A stretch of 62,955 nt of DNA, filler included, from Octopus bimaculoides (GCF_001194135.2; 8 parts of 7 records of this genome joined end to end with filler, not necessarily neighbours in it); one strand, 5' to 3'; shown: positions 23,300-36,890, numbered from the whole stretch's first letter. Notes: a model not told the origin generated them from the sequence alone. Numbers and translations: made by a program.

Positions 23300-24400
23300 C
23301 CTGATAGTAATATTTAACTCTTTATATAGTCAATTCGACTACCTTAGGTGGTCAAATAACGGTAATTCGGTAATTCAAATGTTGAACTTATATAGATACT
23401 AACAATGTTTATAGGACATTTATGTGTAAAATTTTTTACTATATCTAGCTGTTTGGTAACAATAATTACATATACTCAGACACTATTTCAATGAATGCAT
23501 ACCAATATTATCATTGTATGTATTTACCTTATATACTTCATTCTATCCCCATGTACAATGATATTACTCTTATTCTCTATCTACTTATATATTTGAAGTT
23601 CTAATTTTTAATTTAATGTTGTTCATATTTTTCTTGATATCAAACCTTATATCTCATAAACATTGTCTCTAAGAGCTTTTATTTAGATTCACTTTATTAT
23701 TTCTTCTGTGTTTATGATCTATTATTTTTTGGGTTATTAATGATAAATATATGATTTTCCTTTTCTTGTACCAAAATTATGTACTAGTTACTTTTTAATA
23801 TCTTACTACATTTTTCTTCCCTTCCTTAGAAAATTGTCTTATTAATTTCTATTAATTTTATTCTTATTGTCTTCTATATTTTTTAAGATTCTTTATTTTA
23901 AATATTGACTTTGTGTTCTTGAAATATTATATCAAGGGATTATTTTTTAACATGGATTTCTTTTAACCTGAAGAGCTTGCTTATTATCTACACTAATTTA
24001 AAGATTGTTTTTATTAATTCAGACCTGTAAGTAACTTATTACTTATTATATTCTATAATAAGATAAATTATCTATAGATGTTTTATTAAACTGCAAAACA
24101 ATTGTTGTTAATTAAATTTTCCAATGATTAAATAAATTCTATCATACTATATCTCTCTCATTATTTATAACTTTATACACAACTTATGTTTTTCTCTTGT
24201 AACATTCTATATATTCTCTATGTTTTGTAGAATGATACACTAAAGAGTTTTCTTTATGAGTACCACTGGATTAGTTGAATCCATTAAGTATGACTTAAAT
24301 TTATATATGTACTAGTTGAATAGCCCATCGTTGCCAGACAATTTTTACAATAGAATATCTTATATCAATTCTTATTTATTCCATGTCAGAGCATGCCTTC
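23300..24400 (-). mobile_element. Possible very old L1/Tx1-like ORF2 3' remnant
   Basis: Purine-rich minus strand with broken CNYCYQ / LDIVKNFTHKCP resembling the C..C....DT..H....C zinc finger; heavily decayed. Confidence 0.3.
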
Positions 24401-25427
24401 CCTGACAGATAGGTCTCTTGATCAGGACAGATTTGTGCAATTTTTCACCAAAAAACTTCATTGAGGATTTTTTCCTTTTTAAATTATTTATGTGTCTGTT
24501 TGACCATTTCACATGACTTTATTCATTAAAACTGCAGAAGTTCTTACAACTTTGGTCATTGTAATGCTTTGCTTTCATTTGTTTAATAAAATTCTTCCTC
24601 CTAACGATTTTGCTTTCGTTTCATGATAGACAGCTATCATGCAGAAAATGCCAGCTTCCAAATCCTGTTTTCTGATTAGATAAAATTGATTAAACTTTAA
24701 ACCTCAGTGACATTTTTATGCAATTTTTCTGGAACAAATAAATAACAAAATCGGATTTAACATGGAAAATAATTTCAGTATACTAAATTTGAAAATTTTG
24801 ACGTAGTTTAAAAATCTCACAATATGTGACAGCAACAGAAATGACCCCACAAAAGTAGACAGACAGACAGTTATAGGATGTCACACACACACACACACAC
24901 ATATTTTCAAACATATACACAGGTAATCACAAGTTTAAAATGGTGTATGGTAGACATGTATGTATGTACGTATGTATGCATATGTTTGTGTGTCTGTGTA
25001 TGTATGTGTGTCTGTGCAGCGGACAGCAGAAAAGCCATCTGTCCCTTAAAGTTGCATATTCTTCATACTCACCTTTCTGTGTGTATGTGTTGTATCTATG
25101 TATTTACAAAAGTATGTATGCAGTGTTGCATATATATGACAGCTGTATTAATGTTATCAACCCGTTTTCACCGATGTTCTCACCTTCACTAATATAAGTC
25201 ACCCTCTCTCTGCTACTACCTTTCCCTCAGACTCATACTTTTTGCAATCTTCTCGTTTTATCATATAATTCGCCCAACGTTCCTGGGGGGCATATTATAG
25301 ATTTTTATTGAAATCCAATTAGCTTATTATTGAACTGGATAATACAGTGTAACATGTATGCAAAGTTTCGTGAATATTGGTTTGGGGGTTTAAGCACTAA
25401 GATGGTAACAGACAGACAGAAATTGCC

Positions 25428-25464
<37 letters not shown>

Positions 25465-25519
25465 GAGAGAGAGAGAGAGAGAAAAATATTACTATAGAGA
25501 GCTGTACAATGAAGACAAG

Positions 25520-27103
25520 CACAGTTTGAACACGAAAAAACACATTTTCTGGTTTAAATTTTCAAGTCAAAATACAATTTTTCCATGGAAAATCATATAT
25601 CATTTGAGAGCTTTGGATGTAAACTTACTTTTCATATAGTGTTAATTAAGATCTGACTGTTACATATTATGTCAGGATCCCTCAGACACCCTGGCATTTC
25701 CATACATTTACAAAAGTTTGTCTCCTTTTTTTGTTTTGACTCATTCTAGTTCAATGCTCTCAAGCACTATAACTCAAGTTGTGTTGAAGATCATACCCTG
25801 ATGTAGATGAATGTTTTAGCTTTATTTTGATATAAAACTCAATGAGGGCAGGTCAGGTAATCGTTACAAAATATAAACGTGAAATTTTTATCGTTAGTTT
25901 TCACTTAGAAAAAAAGCAATTTCTACAAAGATTTTTATACCATAAGAAAGAAAAATTTCTTGCTAATTATTTATGACCATTTATGATCATTGCCAAACCT
26001 GGCCACAGTGTGGCAACAAAGTACAGAGTCAAAAGAGGGGTGGTGTACTGATACTTCTTGTATATGACTAACACATATTCCTACTCCGCAAGAGGTTGTA
26101 TAGAAGACAATTTCAAGGCTTCAGATGCTGATTTTGATCCAGAATTTCAAGGAATGGACAAATTAATTGTTAAGTAAACATATTTCTACAAGAATATACT
26201 CTAAATTTAGTTAAATAGGGCTGCTAGAATCCCAAATTAAGCGTGTAATCATATTTGATTATGTTGTTTATTCCCTTTCACTGTATGCCAAGCATCATAT
26301 GAATTTTACCTCATACATATTCTTGTTCAAGTGAATTTCATTTGTTTTAGAGAAATATTGGTCTCTTTTCATTAATTAAAATTATATTGTGCAATAAATA
26401 TTATTTTGTAGGCTATTAAAGTTCAGTGTGATGTTTTTTAATTTTCTCCCTAATTTTGAATACTGTTGGATACTTTGTCATAATGTTTACATTTTCACAA
26501 ATGAGTGCTGATTCATTTTGTTTTTTGTTTTTTTTCTTGCTCTCCTTCCTACTAAAGAATTTGATGTAACTTCTAGGTGTTTTTAATGTTAAAACAAGCA
26601 ATAAATTTTCAGATATTACCATTTACGAATGGCAGACATATGAACTGAATCATGACCATATTTGGCAATGACCATAATGATTTATCAAGAAATTTTTCTT
26701 TATGGTATGAAAAAATATCTTGAAGAAATTGTTCTTTTCTAAGCGAAAATTAATGATAAAATTTTCACTTTTATATTTCATAACAATTATCTATTGAGTT
26801 TTATATCAAAATAAAACTAAAACATTCATCTATATGAGAGTCATAGCATTCAAGTGCATTGAACTAGACTGAGGGCTACCATTCAGCAGTCAGAAAAATA
26901 TGGGATAAACTTTGTGAATGAAAGGAAATACCAGGGTGTTTGTGGGACCATAGCATCTTAGGTAAGTGTCAGATTTTGATTAAAACTATATGAGAACAAA
27001 GTTCACATCAACTTTCAAATGATATATAATTTTCCAAGGAAAATAGGTGTTTTGTCATGAAAATGATGTACCAAAAAATGGATTTTTGCTTAGTCAAACA
27101 GTG
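25520..27103. mobile_element. Foldback-type non-autonomous DNA element with ~450-490 bp inverted arms
   Basis: Arms 25520-26005 and 26653-27103 are reverse-complement related (TTTATTTTGATATAAAACTCAAT vs ATTGAGTTTTATATCAAAATAAA; CACCCTGGCATTTCC vs GGAAATACCAGGGTG). Non-coding spacer of about 650 bp. Confidence 0.8.
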
Positions 27104-28104
27104 TGTCACCCCTCTCACAGAGCTCTCCAAAGATACTTATTAAATTCATTGTAAAGCTCCAAACTTAGAGTTAATTCAGTTTTATACCATGTACCAGAGT
27201 ATCAAAACTGAGACCCCTACAGATAACAGATTGCAATATAGCCATGTTTGAATATACATGAAATGCTTGCGATAGCTGCAATTTCATTTAATTATTTGTA
27301 GGGTTGAGTTTTTGGATCAGGACATGCATAAATTGAATTTTCTCTATTCCGAGAGAGATTTTTCTCATTTTTTTCACCACAGCCTTGAAAATTAAGAGGG
27401 AAAGATTTNNNNNNNNNNCACCCTTGGGATCAATTTTGGCCAATTTTTTTTTCTACTAGGCACTTAAAAACAATGGGAGAATCCTTCATGGTAGGAAAAT
27501 ATTTTGAGACAAAATGGTGTGATTTAAGGGAGATTTAGCTGCTGTTTCTAGCACATCCCTCAACATCCTAGTAACAGAGAGGTAGAGAAATGAGTAAAAA
27601 TCACAAATCTTCGTAAATTTTTTTTCATAAAAAGTTCCCTGCCATCATTTCCAAGGCAGTGATGACAAAAAATGGGAAAAATTCCTGTCAAAATGGAGAA
27701 AATCCAACTTATGTGGGTGTCTTGATATAAGCCAATTTTAGTGGTTCATTCAAATGTTATTGAAATGGTGTCATGTCCCAAATTTAATTGCAAAAAAAAT
27801 TTTTTTGTACCTGAAAAAAAATAGGCAATTCTGTACCATGGTCACTATTAATTTGTATAATTTAAAGATGATTATTACCTCACTTTCAAATATATGACAT
27901 TCCAAATATGGCTACTTATTCATTTAGGCAAAATTTCAACCAATTTGTTGATCATTAAAATTGTCATATTTCCTAAAATATTCATCCAAATTTCACAAAT
28001 GAGGTATGAAAATGTCTCTTTTTGGATGCTTTCCATGAAAAAGTACAGTAGAAATTACATTTAAATATTTTCAAAAATTCATAGTGATACCTAATAAATA
28101 TATA

Positions 28105-29868
28105 CAGTAGACCCCAAAGGAACAAAATTCGCTGATTGATTAAACGTGTATTTATTAAACTACATACATATAGAAGTACACGAATAAAATCATAAACAAT
28201 GTCATCATCTCCTTTGGTTTCCTTCTCAGATTGCCGAATGTCATGAAAGATCTTGTCTAGTCTTTCTTCTTCAGTGATGATCTCTGGAGCAACAACTGCA
28301 CCATCATCTATGGACAAACAGTTTTGAATTGCTTTTTGGTCAATCAGTAGGCAGTGAAGATAGGATCAAATCTTCATTAACATCTGTGGCTTCATTTGAT
28401 TCTTCAGCCAAAATAAAACCAGCTTTGGTCCAACAATGTTTCATTGTCTAGCTAGAAACCTTCTTCCAAGCTACATGTACATCGCATCAAAAGTGGTGAT
28501 CCGCTTTGCAACTTCTTGGGCAAAAATGTCATGTTCAGTGTCTTCCATAATATCTTTGATCTTCTCGTTCATTTCATATGTGAAGTATGCTTTCAAAGTT
28601 TTGATCATCCCCATGTCACAGGGCTGCAGCATTGACGTTGTGTTGGGAGGAAGAAATTTTAAAGTGATGTTCTTGAGATCATCGATGACTACATAAGAAG
28701 AGCAATTGTCAAGTAGGACCACCACATGTCTTACAGATTCCTGCAAATGACGATCCCAAGATCTGAGCCATCATCCATAGATTTTTTTTCTGTCATCCAA
28801 GCTTCTTAATCAGAAGCACTTTGACATTTTTAATGCATCTTGGCAAACCAGCTTTTCCGATTAAGAGCAAGTCTTCTTTGTCTTCATTCATGTTGCAGGC
28901 CACCATTGAGGTCACACGGTCCTTTGCCGTCTTAAAGCCCCTAACAGTTTTCTTGCAACAATCGTTAACACATGTATTTACTAGTAATGCATGAAAGTAG
29001 ATCCCAGTTTCATCGGTCTTGTAGATGGCCTGTGGCTGATATGATTTCAACAGAAGCTGCATAGTTGTCTCACAAAATTGATGGGCTCCATTGATGCCAA
29101 GTCCAGCTGCATCACCTGTAAAGTATGAAATGTGTAGTTTGTGTTCTCTAAAAAGAAAGATGTGAACTAGTGAACTACAAAGCTTACCTTTTAGAACTGT
29201 AAAAGAGATTCCATGTCTTTTTGCCAACGGTGAAACTGGCCTTCAGATGCCTTAAAATAGTGTCCAGCAGCTTGAGCATTGGTGTTGGCTTTGTGCATTA
29301 GGATCAGGCCGTTAGCAGAGACATTTCTCAAGCAAATAGATTGAAACCAATCGAAGAGAGCACGGTCTATCTGTTGGTCTTTTCCCTCTCATTGGTGCTT
29401 TCTCTTTGATGAACAGCCATCATGTTCATTGGCACAAAGGTCATCCTCATTCTTTAACAAATTCTGAAATTCCCAAACTCTGTGCTGCTTCCTGCTGAAT
29501 TGTTTTCCCAAGAGCTTTGTAATGTTCTAACAACTGAATCTTTTCTACCATGGATTTGTCTTGCCTCTCTCTTTTTATTTTCAACATTTTGAACAACTTG
29601 TGTATGAGTCTGCCTCTCTGCATGAATGATGAATGATGTGTTTTTTTCACCTACCTGTCAATATCTAAGAGCAAAAAAAACACACTTCATTCATTCACTG
29701 CCATTTGTTGACAATTTAGGAAGACATAGCAACAATTGGATTAATTAAGTGATGGTTTAGATTTATTAAACAAGAGATTTTATAAGTAAAATTTCCATCC
29801 CAACCTATTTTGGATACATTAAGCAGGTGGATTAATTATCAGTGGAAATTATAAAGTGGGATCTACTG
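28105..29868 (-). mobile_element. Tigger/pogo (Tc1/mariner superfamily) transposon, near complete, transposase pseudogenised
   Basis: TIRs TA|CAGTAGACCCCA.. and ..TGGGATCTACTG|TA. N-terminal HTH (KSMVEKIQLLEHYK..QEAAQSLGIS, 29447-29650) and DDE_1 motifs IYKTDETGIYF, KDRVT, LLDNCSSY, FLPPNTTSMLQPCDMGMIKTLKAYF. Confidence 0.93.
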
Positions 29869-29875
29869 TATATAT

Positions 29876-30264
29876 ATCATCATTATCATCATCATCATCG
29901 TCATTTAACGTCCGCTTTCCATGCTAGCATGGGTTGGACGATTTGACTGAGGACTGGTGAAACCAGATGGCTACACCAGGATCCAATCTGATTTGGCAGA
30001 GTTTCTACAGCTGGATGCCCTTCCTAATGCCAACCACTCAGAGAGTGTAGTGGGTGCTTTTACGTGTCACCTGCACGAAGGCCAGTCAGGTGGTACTGGC
30101 AACAGCCACGCTCAAAATGGTGTATTTTATGTGCTACCTGCACAAGAGTCAGTCCAGGGGCACTGGCAACGATCTCGCTCGAAAATCCTACGAAGGCCAA
30201 TTAGGCGGTACTGGCAATGGCCACGCTCAAAATGGTGTATTTTATGTGCCACCCACAAAAGAGC
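29876..30264 (-). mobile_element. Family C copy with internal tandem subrepeats
   Basis: Conserved tail plus repeated GGTACTGGCAAC.GCCACGCTCAAAATGGTGTATTTTATGTGC units. Confidence 0.88.
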
Positions 30265-30393
30265 NNNNNNNNNNNNNNNNNNNNNNNNNNNNNNNNNNNN
30301 NNNNNNNNTTAATTAATTAANNNNNNNNNNNNNNNNNNNNNNNNNNNNNNNNNNNNNNNNNNNNTCATTTGTGTATGTTGTATCCTATCTAGT

Positions 30394-30455
<62 letters not shown>

Positions 30456-30479
30456 ATTATTATTATTATTATCTGCATC

Positions 30480-31320
30480 AAGAAGAAATGTCCTACCAAG
30501 CCTATGGAAAGAAATTTTCTGGTCATATCCAGCTTTAGACAAAGCCACATTATAATAGTTTGAATTAGAATTAAATATATCAATGTTAGAAGATAATCTA
30601 GTAATTCTTTCAGAAATACTTTTAACTATAGAGTTTAGTACATTTGGTGGATGATTGGATAATCGACTTACATATCTAGTAAGTTCATTCTCTTTTCTAT
30701 ATGGGTGGTTTAATCTAGCTTTTATGTTAAGAGTGGTATCTAAAAAAATTACAATCTTATTACTATATTCGTATGTAATATTTAAGTTGAAACTTCCAAA
30801 AACTTTTCTAATTTTCTTTCTTATTCTCTCAATGAATGATTTATTATTACTAGGGATGATGAATAAAGCATCATCCTATATAAACCGCCTTTTAGCTCCG
30901 GGATTTCTTTATTTAAGCAATATAAGAGGTAAGCTCCTACTAGATTCGTAATTTCAGCCGAATCCCTCGACCCCATTGGTATATCAACATTATCTGGGGT
31001 ATCGGCTCTAGTCCAGAGCTTGCTATCAAATTCAACAATAGTTCTTCTAGCTAACAAAATAATGTCTATCTTATCTCTAGTAATGAGAGAACGATTCATA
31101 GCAAAAATAAGAGCCTTATTTAAGAGAATAGGGGATATGCTAGAATAATAGCTATTTATATCAAATTGAATAAACGAAAAGTTACCAGTGTTATCAATAG
31201 ATTCGAACCAGTTTAGTACTTCTTCAGTATTATTCCATAACTATAAGGATAAGTTAGGAATTATAAGAGGTAAAATATTGTCTAGTATAAGTTTACAAAG
31301 TCTGCCAATGTCTTCATACT
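30480..31320 (-). mobile_element. Penelope-like element RT fragment
   Basis: IGRLCKLILDNI..LWNNTEEVLNWFESI..FIQFDINSYYSSIS..DIPMGSRDSAEITNLVGAYLL..GGLYR(DD)..FLDTTLN..HPYRK..SNHPPNVL. Confidence 0.92.
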
Positions 31321-31534
31321 TGAGGTTCCGCTAAAGCCGTACGGCGTTACTCAGGCACTCAAATATGTGTCCACTGCGTCTTGTAACAAAAACAGCTCTA
31401 TGCTAATGAAGCCCATAAAATAAGCGTCTATTACTTTGTCATCTCATTTTCTCATAAACATAGATACAAAGATACACCCCCCCGCACACACACATATATA
31501 TATATACACACACACATGTATATATATAAAAATT

Positions 31535-31640
31535 GTGTGGAGGAAAACCTGAAGAAACCAGATATGAACGGAAATGTTTAGGAAAATGAAGCTGTAGATC
31601 GGAACAAGTAGAGAGGTGCTGTTAGGGCTGGCTGCAATGC
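31535..31640 (+). mobile_element. RTE LINE extreme C-terminal fragment
   Basis: EENLKKPDMNGNV*ENEAVDRNK*RGAVRA resembles the RTE terminus (DL...A.DR..WR..V). Confidence 0.4.
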
Positions 31641-32102
31641 CTGGGAGGAAACGATGAATCAGCACTCTGAACTTAAAAGGACCTGTCGTAAAGGAGCTAT
31701 TAGAACTGTAATCAACTGTGAACGTTGGGTATATGTTACATGTGATGGTATTCTGTTTGCAAAATTAGAAGACGTGAAGAATTTGAAGTCATGTGAAAAT
31801 CGTAATGCATAGATCGGTAATGATCTTGATCACCAACCACCTCTTACAACTTGTGTCATATGTCAAAAAAGTTGTATGACAATATCTGGACTTCAAAACA
31901 TATGCTAGTTCACAAAACAACATTCCTTCAGTATCAGATTTCAAAAGGAAAAGCTATAGAAGAAACTTAAATGATATCTGGGGTGTGTGTGGCTGTATAT
32001 ATATNNNNNNNNNNNNNNNNNNNNNNNNNNNNNNNNNNNNNNNNNNNNNNNNNNNNNNNNNNNNNNNNNNNNNNNNNNNNNNNNNNNNNNNNNNNNNNNN
32101 NN

Positions 32103-32137
<35 letters not shown>

Positions 32138-35100
32138 TATATACGTACATACATGCAAACAGCCACACACGAACTTTCTCTCTCTCTGTCTCTCTCTGAT
32201 ACACGCACACACACACACGCGTACGCGCTGTAATATGTATGAGGATATTCAATATGGACGCACATTGAAACATAATTTCACTCGAGTGAAAATAATAAAC
32301 AATAACAACAAAACACAATAATTATTATCAATCAGTTTAACTTAAAACCTTCGACATTGGCGTCCCCATCTTTATCTTATTAATAGTGATAATTATCTTT
32401 CTTCATATCAACCATTAGCTTCATTAATATTATCGTTATAATCCTCATGTTTATGAAGCTATTGATTTGAGTGAGAAATAGAAAGGTCAAGCCAGCATCA
32501 CGTAGACGTGCCCTTGTCACATTGGTTACCAATTATGTTCTTTGTTGGCCTATTGGTTATCGATTTTGGCAAAAAGATGAATCTTAAATGTATCTTCCGA
32601 GTATAGTGCCAAAATATCTTTTAAAATACATACAACTACAAAGGTAATAAAATGTACGCACACACCCTCCCACACAAACAGACACACACACACACACACA
32701 CACACAGACACACACACACGGCTATCTATACATATACATATATACACATATACATTCCCATTCGAAAGGCAACTACAATGCAACAGGACCAAACGATGCG
32801 AACTTATTCGAAATCTTTAACATAAAAAGATTTGTCTAGACTTATGATGCATTAATCTACATGATTGCTCCAAAATCTTCTAAAAACACTTCAACAACTG
32901 TTGGCATAAATTGTCTCTGAAGCAAACAGAAGAATACTAGTCTTTGAAATTTTCTCTCCCTCAAGCAATACAAAACGAAAATTAGATGTTACACTCTTCA
33001 GACCAATTGACTATGTCGGTGTTTATCATCGAAGTTTAAAGGAAATTTTTCCCGTTGGAAATCACATATTTTTTGATGTCATTGAGAACTGCCATACACC
33101 ATGTAAGTTATGTTTTACTGTAAAAGTATTGATTTCTTACGTAAGAGGAAGACCATAAATAAATTATGGAAGAGGAGTAGACGAATAAAGAACAGTATTT
33201 GTCAGACATTTTATTGTATCGAAGTAGGAGTGAAAGGCAGTATCAATACTAGTGACATTTGGTGAGTGAGACAAAGGGAGATGACCAGGAAAATAATAAA
33301 AATATAACTGAATGGCAACAAGAAAATAATAAATTAGTCATAAAATCAGTTTTGTTGCTTACGGTATTGAGATTTCACAACAACGTCACAGATATATAAG
33401 AATTTAACTTATATTGAAGATTTGCATTATATTAACATTTAATGTATAACAGAAAACCAGTTAGACGTATACTATAAATACACACACTTATACACACATA
33501 CATATACTGAGGTACATATTCATATACATATTCACACACACTTTACACGTGTTCAACTTCATAACTCAAAGCTAACAGTAAGATTTAATGCTAGCCTGTG
33601 ATAGAGCATGTTAGTAATTGTTGAAGCTGCAAATATAAGAGCAACTGATTGTTAACTAACAATGAAGCAGCTCGTTTCCAAAGAATGAGATGATGACGAA
33701 TATAGTCCCTAATCTCTGCAACGCTATGTCTAAGACGGATTAATTGCCGGCAGGACATATATGTCCGTGGTACTTGTCAAAGATGTAGTCCAGTTTGAAT
33801 GTGTGGAGCATCTGTTTTAGAACAAGTTAGCCTTTTCCAGCCTAAGCTTTTGAAGTCTTTTTCCATATGCTGTGAATTTCGCTGTCGGTTTTTCATTGTG
33901 TCGCAAGGGTGAGAGTATGTCCAAGAGCTACGATTACAAATTGCATACCAAGGACACCCAAAAGTGCTACAACCTACTGAATGACTTACTGAAAATTTAT
34001 TCGATTTGACAGTTTTGAAACTAAACAAAATGAAGACGTAAATACAGTCTGGATGCTCACCCAGTTAAGGGCCATATAAAAGTTTTGGACGTTAGTGTAC
34101 ATTAGAGACGAATACACATATATGTAAGTATGTATACTGACAGGTGCTGTAATGGATGGCTGATAGAGCGGAAATGGTGCGAGACAGGATTGTTGTTGTC
34201 GAGTCTGGGGCTATTCCGCGAACCGGTCAGCCAAGCGGCGTCCCGTTTGACCGATGTACAGAGGACAGAGAGAGCAAGAGATGCAGTAAATGACGTTGTT
34301 AGAAATGCAGGTGAAGGAGTCAGTGATATGATCGCATCAGTGATGGGTGCCTGTGAGGATGGTGGTTTTGGAGAGGTAGCGGCAAGTGCGGCAGCGTGGG
34401 CCGATATACACAATCATTATCCGCACAAATAAAAAGAAAAGCAGTGCCAACGTTCTGTCGTTTTTTATTTCACTAAATCCAATAGCTGTAGATTTATGTC
34501 TTGATATGTCCTGGCTTTCAATCTTCTTACAACTACGATCTCAAGCTTTGTTAGAAGCTGCATAGAAAGGTATTTGTCTGACAACTGTCCTGGATGTCAT
34601 TTCAGTGTCAGTATAATTTGCTGCTATCTTGCAACCGAATCTATATTACGGAGGAAAAGTATTAGTATTTTACTAATGGTAATATTATTTAGACTCTAGT
34701 TCTAGTCAGATGAGAAGATAATTTATAAAACAACCTATGAGCATTAAAATATGCAATTTAAATTCTTGGGTAGCATTTTCAGCTTTAAATGAACTAACAA
34801 TTTTACTATGCAGAAATAAATGTTCATGGTCTTAGATTATTGTCAAGTAACTCAAGCTTCTACATCCATCAATGAGTTCCATATGTAAATCTTAATCGGA
34901 ATTTTAGAAGCTAACTTCTTAATGCGTTACAGGAAAAGAGATAAATATTTAAAATAATCCTGGCCAATGAAATATCGTTTTCACCATTCTGTTCTTGCGC
35001 TCTCGATCAGATACACTAGTACACGCGCACGCTCACACACATACACTCAGCCATTCACCCAGACGTACAGACACACACGCGCATGCCCACAGACACATAG

Positions 35101-35338
35101 AAACGCACACACGTATATGTTATGTATGTATATTTGCATATATATGTAAATATATATGCACATATATACATATAATATGTATGCATTTTATATGTGTTTA
35201 TGTATACGTACATACATACTTATATACACATATAATTATATATGTATATATCTATATGCACATATATATAGGTGTATATGTCAATATATATATATATATA
35301 TATATATATATTGACATACATACATACACACACACACA

Positions 35339-35395
<57 letters not shown>

Positions 35396-35495
35396 NNNNN
35401 NNNNNNNNNNNNNNNNNNNNNNNNNNNNNNNNNNNNNNNTTAATTAATTAANNNNNNNNNNNNNNNNNNNNNNNNNNNNNNNNNNNNNNNNNNNN

Positions 35496-35757
35496 CACGG
35501 CTAAACCTAAACTGTCCTCCCCTCTTTTACACGAGAACATTACTGTGTGATACACGATCCCTATTGATCGGCCTTTCCTTTTTTTTTTTTTCCGATCCCT
35601 TTTGATCGAACTCCCCCTTTTCCCCTTCCTACGATCCCTTTTGATCGACACCACCACTTTTTTTTTTTCCTTCCTTCCCCCTCCCAAAAAGAAAAGCTCT
35701 ACATTGTATTTGTCCCATCTTCGTTGAGCCCTGTGTGGCTAATAAAAGAAATGTATC
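35496..35757 (+). mobile_element. L1/Tx1-type 3'UTR fragment
   Basis: Shares CACGG.TAAACC and CTCTACATTGTATTTGTCCCATCT..GCCCTGTGTGGCTAATAAA with 38620-38850; 3' end resembles that of the element at 185-1050. Confidence 0.6.
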
Positions 35758-36614
35758 TATGTGTGTGTGTATGTGAACCTTAACTTCAAATAATTGAATA
35801 AACGTCACATATATCAAGTATTTTTTTTCTATCTCCTGTATGTGCGAAAATCTATAAATGCACGCATACAAGTACGCCCATTCACACACATACTCTCATT
35901 TTTTCTACGTGAATTTTTTTTTTTAGTCAAAGTATTTTTTTTCGATCAATATCCTGACTAAATTATTTGCTCGTGTAGATATTTAGCAATAAGTGTATGT
36001 TGAGAATTACGAAAGACACCATAGAACACACGATTTCGTTTATTCTATGTAATCTATAATAATAAATAGCCTTACTTATAAAGTCATTTTGGGACAATCA
36101 ATTCATACGAAGACGCGGGAGATGTGAAGGACCGAGAAAGTACTCTTTGAATCGAAGCTGAATGAAATTTGAGTCGTTACATCCGTCTGCGATTTCTAGC
36201 TCGCATTTATAACTTCAAAACTATTTTAGAACAGAAGGGTAACTATATATTCTCCAATAATAATGTCTTCAGTTCTTTCTCTCTTTCCCATTCTCCCTCC
36301 TCACACATACGTACACACACATAGTAGAACATGTGTGTAACTATATATTCTGAAATATAATGGTTTAATCCATATGTATCTAGTGGTATGTTATATAATC
36401 CTGTACACTATTTGGTAAGTCTACACTACCAAATGATTTAATTTTGGATATTGACAAACATGTGAAATAGTTCAGCTAACAGGATCTGCTTTGGTCTGAC
36501 TGCACCGAAACTGAAAAAGAAACACTAATGGTTCCGATGACAATCCTCAAGTTGTTCCATTTAAGTGTTCTCTCTAAAGGTTCGAACCTATTGATTTAAA
36601 AGAACGGTAGAAAA

Positions 36615-36890
36615 TATAGTTCTATATTTAAGAGATGAGGAATTATGTACATTATTTACATTATTTACATGTGACAGATATTTGTACTCATCTTGTTTGT
36701 TGTTAACACAACGTTTCGGCTGATATACCCTCCAGCCTTCATCGGGTGTTTTGGGGAAATTTCGAACCTGGGTTCTCATTGCTAAGCTACTTTTCGATGT
36801 TATTATTATTATTATTATTCAGGTCCCTGCCTGGAGCCGAACTCAGAATCTTGGGGTTAGTAGTCCACGCTCTTAACCACTATGCCATTA
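36615..36890 (-). mobile_element. tRNA-headed SINE-like unit containing a minimal hammerhead ribozyme
   Basis: A-box TGGCATAGTGG (36877-36887), B-box-like GAGTTCGGCTCC (36833-36844), (AAT)n spacer, HHR at 36705-36750, and first TTTT just past the 3' end. Confidence 0.65.
36705..36750 (-). ncRNA. Minimal type I hammerhead ribozyme motif
   Basis: AACAC-CCGATGA-A-GGCTG-GAGGGTATAT-CAGCC-GAAA-CG-TT-GTGTT: 5-bp stem I, 5-bp stem II, palindromic AACGTT stem III. One core change (U4 to C). Confidence 0.7.

Noticed and set aside
27205-27340. Imperfect ~130-bp hairpin (CCCCTACAGATAA / TTATTTGTAGGG)
   Set aside because: Short, degenerate arms within DNA-transposon debris; not enough to define an element.
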